Below are positions 17,345 to 26,925 of a stretch of 32,000 nt of DNA, piece by piece. Source of the stretch: Candidatus Baldrarchaeum yapensis. Lineage in GTDB: Archaea; Asgardarchaeota; Baldrarchaeia; Baldrarchaeales; Baldrarchaeaceae. The notes beneath the pieces were generated by a model, which was not told the origin of the DNA, did not search any database, and worked only from the letters and a program-made list of their open reading frames with translations. The position numbers and the translations under genes are program-made. Within the stretch, counting starts at the first letter, position 1, and the number at the start of each line of letters is the position of its first letter. The stretch lies in NCBI GenBank assembly GCA_016840465.1, contig JAEOSH010000007.1:30001-62000 (forward strand), given 5' to 3'.

Positions 17345-18262
17345 ATGATTAAGGATCCTTACGGAAGGCCCGTCACGGGGCTTAGAATCTCAATAACACG
17401 TAGATGTAACCTCAATTGCATTTACTGTCATAGAGAAGGGGAAGAGTCATCACACATTCCTACTGAAATGTCGCCTGAAGAGATCAGTAAGATAGTGGAG
17501 ATCGCAACAACCCTCGGAATCTCAAAAATAAAACTTACAGGAGGCGAACCCCTAATAAGGGCCGATATCGTCGAAATAGTGAGGAAAATTTCCGAAATAG
17601 GAAGTATACAGGATCTCTCAATTACAACTAACGGGGTACTTCTTGAAAAGTACGCAGACAGACTATATAATGCGGGGTTAATGAGAGTGAATGTCAGCCT
17701 CGACACCTTAGATCCCGAGAAATATAAGAGGATAACCGGGCATGCCTTCTTGGAAAACGTCAAGAGAGGGATAAAGAAGGCGCGGGAGGTGGGGCTCTAT
17801 CCAATAAAGGTCAACATGGTCATACTCAGAGGAATTAATGAAGATGAAGTGTGGAAGATGGTAGAGTTTTGCAACCGAATGGAAGCAATTTTACAACTAA
17901 TAGAACTTGTCCCGCTGGGCACGCCCGATTTCGGAAAATATTACGTCGATCTCGATAAGATAGAGCAAGAACTTGCAATGCGGGCAGAAAAGGTAATTCC
18001 TCGCAAACTCCACCACAGAATGAAATATTACCTTTATGATGGAGCCGAAGTAGAAGTAGTTCGCCCCTTTCATAATTCCATCTTCTGTGCGAACTGCACA
18101 AGGATAAGGCTCACAAGTGATGGGAAATTAAAGCCTTGCCTTATGCGTAACGACAATCTCGTGGACATATTAACACCCCTCAGAAGGGGAGCTTCGGATG
18201 AGGAACTGAAAAACCTCTTCTTAAAGGCAATATCCTTGCGAGAACCGTTCTATAAGGGGTGA
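17345..18262 (+). CDS. moaA: GTP 3',8-cyclase (molybdenum cofactor biosynthesis)
   Basis: DPYGRP..LRISITRRCNLNCIYC radical-SAM motif, TGGEP, and a second cluster motif CANCTRIRLTSDGKLKPC. Confidence 0.95.
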   Translation: MIKDPYGRPVTGLRISITRRCNLNCIYCHREGEESSHIPTEMSPEEISKIVEIATTLGISKIKLTGGEPLIRADIVEIVRKISEIGSIQDLSITTNGVLLEKYADRLYNAGLMRVNVSLDTLDPEKYKRITGHAFLENVKRGIKKAREVGLYPIKVNMVILRGINEDEVWKMVEFCNRMEAILQLIELVPLGTPDFGKYYVDLDKIEQELAMRAEKVIPRKLHHRMKYYLYDGAEVEVVRPFHNSIFCANCTRIRLTSDGKLKPCLMRNDNLVDILTPLRRGASDEELKNLFLKAISLREPFYKG

Positions 18263-18266
18263 TTTT

Positions 18267-18551
18267 ATGGGAAAAATCGTAAAGATAATCCTGCTATTCA
18301 TCTTACTGGTGATGGTATCGACGTCCTTCTTCTTCCATTGCAATCTGTTGCTGGAACTGGAAGAATCGATTAAATACGGGTATTCTATAATAGGCTTTGA
18401 GCAGAAACCATTCATGTATAAAATAGATCTTTTACGGGGCAGTAAGGAGTATCCGGGAATATGGACACTTGATATCGCGCAAATAACTCTTTTGATATCG
18501 CTGATAATAACATTGGTTTTACTACTGTTAGATATCACTAAAAAAGAATGA
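18267..18551 (+). CDS. Small membrane protein of unknown function
   Basis: 94 aa with hydrophobic helices at both termini. ATG lies 5 nt after the moaA stop, with GGGGTGA upstream. Confidence 0.6.
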   Translation: MGKIVKIILLFILLVMVSTSFFFHCNLLLELEESIKYGYSIIGFEQKPFMYKIDLLRGSKEYPGIWTLDIAQITLLISLIITLVLLLLDITKKE

Positions 18552-18565
18552 ATTGGAAATTAAAG

Positions 18566-19744
18566 TCAGAACAACTTATTCGAGAGTATATGGACACACG
18601 ACACCTGGGGTCCTGCACCGCCAATGTTGTGCTGTAATCCGATCTCTGCACCCTCAACTTGCCTTTTTCCAGCCTCGTTTCTGAGTTGCCAGAAGATCTC
18701 AACTATCTGCGCGGTCCCAGTCGCGCCTATCGGATGTCCATGAGACTTCAATCCACCACTCGGATTCACTGGCAACTTTCCGCCAAGGTATGGTATTCCC
18801 TCCTCTATGAACTTCCCTCCCTCGCCCTTCTTGCAGAATCCAAGATCCTCATAGCTTATCAACTCGGTCGGTGTGAAGCAGTCGTGCACCTCCGCGAAGT
18901 CTATGTCCTTAGGCTCTATCTTTGCCATCTTATACGCTTGTCTTGCTGCCTCAACTGTAGGTTCCATGGTAACATAAGACTTCCTTAAATGTATCAGGAA
19001 GGGGTTCGTTGCAAGCCCACTTCCCTGGACATACACTGGTGCATCCGTGTACTTCTTCGCAAGGTCTGCTCTACATACTATAACGGCGGCGGCTCCGTCA
19101 GTTATCGGGCAACAATCCAGAAGGTGCAGAGGCCACGAAACTATCGGCGACTTTAGCACATCTTCGACCTTTATTTCCCTTCTAATATGCGAATAAGGAT
19201 TGAGAGCCCCATGCTTGTGGTTCTTTACCGCAATCATTGCAAAATGCTCTATTTTCGTACCGAACTCGTGCATGTGGCGTGTGGCGTAAAGAGCAAAGGC
19301 GGAAGGCATCGTTATTGCGTAAACCCATGGATAGTGAGGAACCGCACGCCCTATTGCCTCTATGAGTCCACCTGGTCTATCTAACATCTTTTCGCAAGAA
19401 ATGACCAGTACCACATCATAAAGCCCAGCGGCAACAGCCATACATGCGTTTCTAAAAGCGTCACTACCAGTTGCGCACGCATTCTCGACGCGTGTTATCG
19501 GTTTTCCTACGAGCCCTGTGACCTCGGCAACAGTGGCCCCAGTTGCCGGTCCCATAACCGTACCGTACCACACTGCCTCGATTTCCTTCTGTGGGTCGAT
19601 ACCCTTATCAACGCTGTTTATACAGTTGATATAAGCCTCAGCAAGCATATCCTCGAAACTCTTGTCGTAATGTTCCCCGAAGGGTATCATCCCCGCTCCT
19701 ACTACCGCAACCTTATTCCTCAGGGATCTTATCTCGATCGACAT
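18566..19744 (-). CDS. Archaeal thiolase (acetyl-CoA C-acyltransferase, SCP2/AcaB type)
   Basis: VENACATG (catalytic Cys), EVHDCFT, NPSGGLKSHGHPIGATG and HNIGG. Confidence 0.93.
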   Translation of the reverse strand: MSIEIRSLRNKVAVVGAGMIPFGEHYDKSFEDMLAEAYINCINSVDKGIDPQKEIEAVWYGTVMGPATGATVAEVTGLVGKPITRVENACATGSDAFRNACMAVAAGLYDVVLVISCEKMLDRPGGLIEAIGRAVPHYPWVYAITMPSAFALYATRHMHEFGTKIEHFAMIAVKNHKHGALNPYSHIRREIKVEDVLKSPIVSWPLHLLDCCPITDGAAAVIVCRADLAKKYTDAPVYVQGSGLATNPFLIHLRKSYVTMEPTVEAARQAYKMAKIEPKDIDFAEVHDCFTPTELISYEDLGFCKKGEGGKFIEEGIPYLGGKLPVNPSGGLKSHGHPIGATGTAQIVEIFWQLRNEAGKRQVEGAEIGLQHNIGGAGPQVSCVHILSNKLF

Positions 19745-19758
19745 ATGATCACCTCACA

Positions 19759-20145
19759 CTACCTTATCGGTCTAAATTTATACCCGTATTCCACCCTTCC
19801 CTCTTCCTCGCTTATTCTCCTAAACACTATCTCCACCGGCATATCGACCTTCACTTCCTTGGGATCACATTCTGTCAGGTACCCAGTCAAACGGGCGCCA
19901 TCTTCCATCTCGACAACCGCATAAATTGCCGGAGTTTCAGCGCCCCGCGGCATTATGTAGCTTATTGTGTAGGTAACGATTTTTCCTTTCCTTGCAACCT
20001 CAACCTTTTCGAGGTCTGTGCTTCCGCATTCTATACAGATTTTCCTAGTTGGAAACATTATTTTCCCGCATTTCTTGCATTTTGAAGCTTCTAACCTATA
20101 AATCGATGGACTCAGCCTCCAAAAATCTGGAAATGCGGTTGCCAT
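19759..20145 (-). CDS. DUF35 Zn-ribbon/OB-fold acyl-CoA-binding protein
   Basis: CKKCG...PTRKICIECG, followed by an OB fold (YAVVEMEDG...VDMPVEIVFRR...YGYKFRP). Confidence 0.93.
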   Translation of the reverse strand: MATAFPDFWRLSPSIYRLEASKCKKCGKIMFPTRKICIECGSTDLEKVEVARKGKIVTYTISYIMPRGAETPAIYAVVEMEDGARLTGYLTECDPKEVKVDMPVEIVFRRISEEEGRVEYGYKFRPIR

Positions 20146-20151
20146 ACCTTA

Positions 20152-21213
20152 TCACCTCATCCCGTACATCATTTGGTATAATTTCAGAAATCTCAAATAT
20201 GTCGGGTAATCGATGTACGTCTTCTTGTTGATGTACGTGTTGACTATTTTCTGCCTCTTAGCCTCTATGGCATCAGTCACCTTAATTGAAAAAGCGTCAC
20301 TACAGCCGCTACCATACGATGCCATCAATATCCTTTCTCTCGGTTTCGCCATGTCGAGTACGGCCGCCAGTGCTATTAAAACCGATGCACATCCGCAATC
20401 TCCGATGAACTGCGCAATGGGCATCATTCCGGCCATTATGTGAGCAGGTGTTAACCCGATCTTTGGTGCAAGTCTCATCAAGTAACCTCTAGGGTCAGGC
20501 GGTTCTGTGAACACGGCATACTTGAAATCGGATGGCTTGAGATTCAGTTTCTCATATAGGCTCTTGCACGCTTTCTCCACATGCATTATGTAACCAAACT
20601 CCCTCGAGAACCTTGACAAGGAAACCCTTGGCACTTGGTCCTCGACGTTCTTCCAACGCTCTGTGAAGTCAGTAGAATATGTGGCGAACCCCTCGATTTC
20701 TGCAATGATGTTGTCCTTGCCCAGAACTAGCGCAGCGGCTCCCGCACTCATTGTGAACTCCATGCCTTCCCTATCGCCAGGTGGTGGCACCAGCACATCA
20801 GTCCCTATCACGAGGCCATAATTTACTTCTCCCGATCTTATTGCGTTTACGCATGCTATAAGAGCGGCAGTACTGGCTCTCGCCGATCCTGTGAAGTCTA
20901 TCCTCTGTGCACTCGCACTTGCTCCGACAACTTCGGCAATTATCGTTGATACTTGCTTTTCCAAATACGGGCTGCTTGTTGTTCCGACGTATACTGCACC
21001 AAGTTCACTGCCATCAATTTTTGCATGCTTAATTGCGTTTAATGCCGCTTCCACGGCCATCGTGACAGCGTCCTCGTCATAATACGGCACCGTTTTTTCG
21101 CCTGGTGGCTTCATTGGTAGCTTCCAGGCCTCAGCGATGTCTGACAATTTTATCCTGCACCAGGGAATATAGACGCCGTATCCAACAATGCCCGCCTTAG
21201 GTCCATCAGACAA
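20152..21213 (-). CDS. HMG-CoA synthase-like protein lacking catalytic residues
   Basis: Collinear with archaeal HMGCS (AGIVGYG.YIP, EK.VP..DED, SYGSG, SDAF, YIDY), but GSESHPY is GTTSSPY, EFACK is TGSAR and FHQPN is FTEPP. TTG start at 21213 follows a GGTGA SD. Confidence 0.85.
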   Translation of the reverse strand: MSDGPKAGIVGYGVYIPWCRIKLSDIAEAWKLPMKPPGEKTVPYYDEDAVTMAVEAALNAIKHAKIDGSELGAVYVGTTSSPYLEKQVSTIIAEVVGASASAQRIDFTGSARASTAALIACVNAIRSGEVNYGLVIGTDVLVPPPGDREGMEFTMSAGAAALVLGKDNIIAEIEGFATYSTDFTERWKNVEDQVPRVSLSRFSREFGYIMHVEKACKSLYEKLNLKPSDFKYAVFTEPPDPRGYLMRLAPKIGLTPAHIMAGMMPIAQFIGDCGCASVLIALAAVLDMAKPRERILMASYGSGCSDAFSIKVTDAIEAKRQKIVNTYINKKTYIDYPTYLRFLKLYQMMYGMR

Positions 21214-21262
21214 TTTGATCACCGGAATTACATGACTAGGCAGAAAAAATGTCATAATCGCA

Positions 21263-21276
21263 TATATAAAGGTTCC
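21263..21276 (-). promoter_or_regulatory. Putative TATA box of the HMGCS-like/DUF35/thiolase operon
   Basis: The minus strand reads GAACCTTTATATA about 50 nt upstream of TTG 21213. Confidence 0.55.
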
Positions 21277-21313
21277 ACGGGTATGCAACTGGCGAAATTT
21301 AGGAAAATAACTT

Positions 21314-22732
21314 TCAACAACGAATATCTCCTTTCCTCAGTTTTATTCGTTCACGAACCTCAGCATATTTTGCAAGCCCGGCTAATGCCTTAACCGCTCT
21401 CTCGGGCGACGGAAACAGCGGAACTCCCTCCTCCTGCAATTTGTTCAAAAACTCCATATATTCCTTCGGGGGTGCCGTTATGGATGCAACTACCGGCTTT
21501 CCGGTCTCTTCTGCGATCTTTGCAAGTTTCCTAAGCGGTGGAAGAACTACTGGATGATACAGCGAGATGAACAAGAGAGCATCGACATTTGGATCCTTTG
21601 CAATGGCATCTAGGCACTTTTCCACGACCAGAGGATTCGTTGTCGAAACAAACCCTAAGTCAACCGGGTTTGATCTTATGGTAACTGGCGGAAGCAACTC
21701 CCCTATGATATTAGTTGTATCTTCCGAAAACTCTGCAACTTCAAGTCCATGTTCATGCAGGAAGTCCAATGCCACCATGGAAGGTCCAGCCTCCTTTGAT
21801 GCGATAGCAACTCTCTTCCCTCTCGGTATTGGGCATAAAGATAGTGCCTTGGCAACGTCAAATAATTCGATACAGCTATTCACGATCACTGCACCATGTT
21901 GTTTCAGTCCTGCAATGTACAATTTGTAATTGCCTGCAAGAGCGCCCGTATGCGATAATGACGCCTTATCGCTAATCGGCATTTTACCAACCTTATAAAC
22001 AACTACAGGCTTACGCTCAGAGGCGTATTCCAATGCAGCAAGGAGTTCACGCGCATTCTCCACCCCTTCTATGTAAAGCGCGATTACTCTCGTCTGAGGG
22101 TCATCAGCAAGATAATAGAGCATATCACTGAAGTCAACGATGCACCGATTACCGAGTCCTATTATCTTTCCGAATCCAAGTCCCTCATTCATTCCATAAT
22201 ACGCAATTATATGGCAGATACCACCGCTCTGACTGACTATTGAGACGTTTCCCCTCTTCACATTGCTCAATGTTGGGGTAAATGAAGCATTCATTTTTGC
22301 GTGAAGATTGACGATCCCGAATGTGTTTGGGCCGACTATTTTAATCCCATATTTTCTTCCAAGTTTTATTACTTCTTCTTGAAGCTTTATTCCCTCAGCT
22401 GATCCCGTTTCCTTGAAACCTGCACTTATTATAACGGCGGCTCGTACACCCTTCTCTCCGGCTTCTTTTACCACGGAGGGAACAACTCTCGCCGGCGTTG
22501 TCACCACTATCATATCAACTTCTTCTGGAATGTCTTTTATCGATTTGAAGCCTGGGACATCCTGTACATTTTCGCCTCGTGGATTTACTGCAAATATCCT
22601 GCCCTCGTACCCAGACGTTTTCAAACTCATGACGACATAAAAGCCGAGGTTTTCAAGCCTTGGTGTCGCTCCTACAACGGCTATGCTTCGGGGTTCGAGC
22701 AGGGGCGAATATTCGCTTAATATGTCGGTCAA
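21314..22732 (-). CDS. acdA: Acyl-CoA synthetase (NDP-forming), alpha subunit
   Basis: EPRSIAVVGA CoA-binding fold, ISAGFKE, IVGPNTFG, SQSGG, SHTG (phospho-His) and NPVDL. No ATP-grasp (beta) part. Confidence 0.88.
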   Translation of the reverse strand: MTDILSEYSPLLEPRSIAVVGATPRLENLGFYVVMSLKTSGYEGRIFAVNPRGENVQDVPGFKSIKDIPEEVDMIVVTTPARVVPSVVKEAGEKGVRAAVIISAGFKETGSAEGIKLQEEVIKLGRKYGIKIVGPNTFGIVNLHAKMNASFTPTLSNVKRGNVSIVSQSGGICHIIAYYGMNEGLGFGKIIGLGNRCIVDFSDMLYYLADDPQTRVIALYIEGVENARELLAALEYASERKPVVVYKVGKMPISDKASLSHTGALAGNYKLYIAGLKQHGAVIVNSCIELFDVAKALSLCPIPRGKRVAIASKEAGPSMVALDFLHEHGLEVAEFSEDTTNIIGELLPPVTIRSNPVDLGFVSTTNPLVVEKCLDAIAKDPNVDALLFISLYHPVVLPPLRKLAKIAEETGKPVVASITAPPKEYMEFLNKLQEEGVPLFPSPERAVKALAGLAKYAEVRERIKLRKGDIRC

Positions 22733-22828
22733 AACGTATCACCTACTCATTATCAGCAAGATAACCTATGTTAACCAATTATTTAAGTTAAGGCCGAGTC
22801 GCGAATTTCGAAATAAAAAATGAAAAGG

Positions 22829-23479
22829 CTATCTTTTGCTCTCAAGCACCCTAATTATATCGTTAAAAACTTCATCTATGCTCCTCTCTCCATTTATGTT
22901 AATAAGTAGCCCCTTTTCCTCATAATACTTAAGTAACGGCAATGTTTGTTTTCTATAGACCTCTAATCTGTTCCTTATAACTTCCTCTTTGTCGTCATCT
23001 CTCTGATAAAGTTCTCCGCCGCACATATCGCAAATGTTATCCTCCTTGGGAGGGTCGAACATTAAATGGTAGATCTTCCCGCATTTTTTGCAAATTCTCC
23101 GGTATGACAATCTTCTTACGACCTCATCATCTGAAACTTCAAGATTTATCACCGCATCGAGTTTAATGTTCAATCTCCTAAGAAGGTCGTCAAGCGCCTC
23201 CGCCTGCGCCATTGTTCGTGGGAACCCGTCCAGTATGAATCCGTTTCTGCAGTCTTCTCTTTTCAGCCTCTCTTCAATTATTCTGATGATTATATCATCG
23301 GGAACCAGTTCGCCCCTGTCCATGTAGGATTTTGCAAGCTTCCCAAGCTCTGTCCCTCTTGCAACCTCTTCCCTCAATATGTCGCCAGTGGCGATGTGCG
23401 GTATTCCAAAAACCTCCGAAAGCTTTTTCGCCTGAGTCCCCTTGCCGGCGCCCGGCGGTCCGAACAGTATTATTCTCAT
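22829..23479 (-). CDS. adk: Adenylate kinase (bacterial-type, Zn-LID)
   Basis: [41 protein letters not shown] and QRDDD. Confidence 0.96.
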   Translation of the reverse strand: MRIILFGPPGAGKGTQAKKLSEVFGIPHIATGDILREEVARGTELGKLAKSYMDRGELVPDDIIIRIIEERLKREDCRNGFILDGFPRTMAQAEALDDLLRRLNIKLDAVINLEVSDDEVVRRLSYRRICKKCGKIYHLMFDPPKEDNICDMCGGELYQRDDDKEEVIRNRLEVYRKQTLPLLKYYEEKGLLININGERSIDEVFNDIIRVLESKR

Positions 23480-23489
23480 TTTCTCTCCC

Positions 23490-23945
23490 TCACATTTCCT
23501 CCTCTAGGAACCTCCTTATCCTCGGTGGTAGTTCTTCGCTTTTAACAATTTTGCGTATAGCGGAGAGTATGACCGGATGCCATCTCACGATATCGAAAAG
23601 AGTGACTATCCCTACAAGCTTCTTCCTTTCAACGATGGGGAGTTTTTTGATCCTATTGAGCACCAACTTCTTTGCGGCCTCTTCTAATGTCATAGTCGGG
23701 GTTCCGGTGACAATGGGAGTTGACATGACCTCCTCCACCTTAGTAGTATCGGGATTCTTTCCCTCAATTATGACCTTCCGCAGGACATCCCTTTCCGTCA
23801 AAATTCCAACAGGCTCGTCGTTCTTCACCACCACAACGCAACCTATCTCCTTCTCGTTCATCAGCCTCACGGCATTCTTCACGCTCTCATCGGGGGTTAC
23901 GGTGACAACGTCTCGTACCATAACATCCCCAACTTTAACGCTCAT
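23490..23945 (-). CDS. CBS-pair domain protein
   Basis: [31 protein letters not shown] and [10 protein letters not shown]. Confidence 0.9.
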   Translation of the reverse strand: MSVKVGDVMVRDVVTVTPDESVKNAVRLMNEKEIGCVVVVKNDEPVGILTERDVLRKVIIEGKNPDTTKVEEVMSTPIVTGTPTMTLEEAAKKLVLNRIKKLPIVERKKLVGIVTLFDIVRWHPVILSAIRKIVKSEELPPRIRRFLEEEM

Positions 23946-24034
23946 GCTCTCGCCTCCGGCGTATGTTAAAGATAGAAGTGGCAATTGATATTTATAAATC
24001 AGCGTTCGTATAAATCCAATAAGGTGGCGACGGG

Positions 24035-24862
24035 ATGATTATGCTCCTCTGGATACTTCTCATAGTGTTGGCTCTATGCGTAGTCCTAGCACTGTTCCTC
24101 TGGAACTTTCCGTGGATATTGAGGTATTACACGCTAAAAATTTTCAAGTACGATATAAAACTTGATAACAAGGCAATATTTATTTCCGATCTCCATGTAA
24201 ATGTAAATGATGCATGTGATGGTAGATTTTTGCGTGTACTTGGCGAATTTATTGTTAATGAAAACGTTAAGCGCTTAGTGATCGCGGGAGATTTCGTGAA
24301 CTTCGTGCATAAGAGCATATCCAGAGATAGACTGGAAAAAATGATAGCACAGGCCGTTAGAACGATCGGCATCCCGAAAAATTACTACATTGAAATATTT
24401 TACGTTACTAGTACCACCTCACATGATCCTAAGGTCTCGGAGATGATAAACTTCTCCGTGGACAACGCCGAAGTGTTTGTCATCCCTGGTGCGCTAATTC
24501 TAGAGGTAAATGGGAGGACAAAGTTCTGTGTTGTACATGGTGATTACGTCTCCAGAAATGGTTTCCTATCGTCAATTTTGAACAGAATTGCTGCCATATT
24601 CGGAAGAAAATTATATCTGGAGAGAAAGTTGAAATCTGTAATAGGCTTAGACGCCGAAACATGGCTAATCATGGGGCACACGCACATGCCCGGCGTTGAC
24701 CCCGCAAATAGAGTTGCAAATTGTGGTTCGTGGGGCTCCCACTTCGCACGTTACGCGACCCGTACTCTGATCCTCATGGATCGTGGGTCCCTAAAGTTGC
24801 TCAAAAATTTAGGAAACGGTTCTTGGGCTACAATCTACAAAACAAGAATAGTGATAGATTGA
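24035..24862 (+). CDS. Membrane-anchored calcineurin-like metallophosphoesterase (LpxH-like)
   Basis: N-terminal TM helix; SDLH, GDFVN, SHD, VHGD and GHTH. Confidence 0.78.
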   Translation: MIMLLWILLIVLALCVVLALFLWNFPWILRYYTLKIFKYDIKLDNKAIFISDLHVNVNDACDGRFLRVLGEFIVNENVKRLVIAGDFVNFVHKSISRDRLEKMIAQAVRTIGIPKNYYIEIFYVTSTTSHDPKVSEMINFSVDNAEVFVIPGALILEVNGRTKFCVVHGDYVSRNGFLSSILNRIAAIFGRKLYLERKLKSVIGLDAETWLIMGHTHMPGVDPANRVANCGSWGSHFARYATRTLILMDRGSLKLLKNLGNGSWATIYKTRIVID

Positions 24863-25015
24863 TTTATCGGTTGCAGAGTCTCATGACGGAGTGAAATGAT
24901 ACAGCTCATAACACCAGAGTATGATTGTGGCAACCTCAGCTATTTATGGTTCTCCGTACGAAATATTTAACGCCGGGCGATATTAGACTAATAAAAAATG
25001 ACGGAATGAACGAAA

Positions 25016-26917
25016 ATGAGGAAGTCACGGGCAAAAGCCTCATGGAAGGATCCCTTGCAGTATTTTCCATACACGCCCCGTGAGGGACAGATCGAACTGA
25101 TGGAGTTTATTCAAGATGCGATTTCTAAGAAGAAGAACGTGTGCATACATGCGGCCACCGGTTTTGGAAAAACTCCAGTTATTCTCGCTGCGCTTCTCCC
25201 GTATGTTATTCGGAGGCGCAAATATATAGTATGGGCGGTAAGAACCGGAAATGAGACCGATAGGCCTATCGAAGAACTGAAAGAGATCGTGAAGAGGAGG
25301 GGTGTGGAAGTTTTCGGCCTATCTCTCAGGGGAAAGCGAGATATGTGCCTTATCGCAAGAGAACTTGAGGTTTCTGACTACAATTCTGTCTCAATACTAT
25401 GTAAGAAGAAGAGAAAAGACTGCCCTTATTACCGTAGGGTTCAGGTAACCCCGGAAATACTGGAGGAGCCGCGGACGTTCTCCGAAATATTAACGTACGC
25501 TAAGGAAACGAAGATGTGCCCCTACTTCCTACAGATCAGCCTACTCGACCACGTGCAGGTAGTTTCGTTAAGTTACAATTACATAATCCGTGACGACTAC
25601 GGATGGATTATCCGTGGCGCTCTACCGCTTCGTGATACGTTTCTCGTCGTGGATGAGGCACATAACCTCCAGTTTGCCTGTGCAAATATAAACTCTGATA
25701 GGATAACTCTGAACTCGGTGGAGCGTGCAATAAGCGAATTGAGAAAGTTTTCGTCATCGCAGACTGGAGATCTAGGCAAGAAATTGCTGAAATTGCGAAA
25801 ATACATGGTGGATATTGGAGGAAATTTAAAGAAGGATCAAGATGCAACATTCGATCCGCAGGACATGTTAGAGAAAACATCGATACTCTATGACGATATG
25901 AAATTGATGATAAAACTCGGCGACATCATTCACACTAGGCAGATAAACCTAGGAAAGGCTCCTCGCTCATCACTTTATCACTTAGGGATATTTTTGGCCA
26001 ATTTACTCGATTGCATTGATGAAGAGGGAATAGCATTTTTGGTGTACAAAGAGAATGGAAATGTTGTTTTCGAGACTTGGGATATGCGTGCTGCGGAGGT
26101 CTTAGCATATAAATGGAAGCAGTTCTATGCTTGCATATTTTGTTCCGGTACTTTATCTCCTCTCGGAGCATTTGCAGATACAGTTGGCTTGGAAAATTGG
26201 AGCGGAAAAGTAATAACGTCGTTCGCGGATACGTCTAAGGTCATGACCTTAATACTGAAAACTTTAACAACGAAGGGAGAGGAATTGGAGCCCGAAATGG
26301 CAGATAAGTACCTGAAAGCGATTAAGATGTTCTTGGAAAACTTTCCCTATAATGCTGCGATTTTCTGCGCCAGTTACCGCATACAGAACGACCTACTCCC
26401 CGGAATAAAGGAGATAACCAGTGAATTGGGCAGGCCATTGTTTGTTGAGGTAGAGGGAATGAGTGGTGACGCTGCAAAGGGAGTCCTCGAAGAATTCAAA
26501 CAGTGTGCTCATAAGGGAAGACCGGCCGTTCTTTGTGCCACGATGACTGGACGTTTTTCTGAAGGTGCAGATTTCCCAGGAAAGGAATTGGAGGGAGTAT
26601 TTCTAGTGGGTATCCCGTTTGAGAAGATGACTACCCGCACGCGGCTTTATATCGACTACTACATCAGACTTTATGGAGAAGAAAAAGGACTCATGTACTC
26701 TTACGTAATTCCTGCGCTGAGAAGGGCATCACAGGCCATAGGAAGGGTCATAAGGTCAAAAGAAGACCGTGGCCTTTTCATATGCGGGGATGAGCGCTAT
26801 GCGTACATGAAATACTTTCAACTACTTCCGGATTACGTTCAGGAAACGGCCCGTGTCATAAAACCTGAATATCTCCCAAGTATGATAAAGTTGTTTGAGA
26901 GAAAGACCTCGAGTTGA
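25016..26917 (+). CDS. xpd: XPD/Rad3/DinG-family Fe-S DNA helicase
   Basis: Q-motif PYTPREGQ, ATGFGKT, four Fe-S Cys (DMC, ILC, KDCPYY, KMCPYF), DEAH, SGTL, EGADF and QAIGRVIR. Confidence 0.92.
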   Translation: MRKSRAKASWKDPLQYFPYTPREGQIELMEFIQDAISKKKNVCIHAATGFGKTPVILAALLPYVIRRRKYIVWAVRTGNETDRPIEELKEIVKRRGVEVFGLSLRGKRDMCLIARELEVSDYNSVSILCKKKRKDCPYYRRVQVTPEILEEPRTFSEILTYAKETKMCPYFLQISLLDHVQVVSLSYNYIIRDDYGWIIRGALPLRDTFLVVDEAHNLQFACANINSDRITLNSVERAISELRKFSSSQTGDLGKKLLKLRKYMVDIGGNLKKDQDATFDPQDMLEKTSILYDDMKLMIKLGDIIHTRQINLGKAPRSSLYHLGIFLANLLDCIDEEGIAFLVYKENGNVVFETWDMRAAEVLAYKWKQFYACIFCSGTLSPLGAFADTVGLENWSGKVITSFADTSKVMTLILKTLTTKGEELEPEMADKYLKAIKMFLENFPYNAAIFCASYRIQNDLLPGIKEITSELGRPLFVEVEGMSGDAAKGVLEEFKQCAHKGRPAVLCATMTGRFSEGADFPGKELEGVFLVGIPFEKMTTRTRLYIDYYIRLYGEEKGLMYSYVIPALRRASQAIGRVIRSKEDRGLFICGDERYAYMKYFQLLPDYVQETARVIKPEYLPSMIKLFERKTSS

Positions 26918-26925
26918 GCATCTCA

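Noticed and set aside
18566-19744. Calling the thiolase a true PhlC (phloroglucinol acetyltransferase)
   Set aside because: It keeps the standard archaeal thiolase HDCF and GHP motifs; only the operon architecture, not the chemistry, is PhlABC-like.
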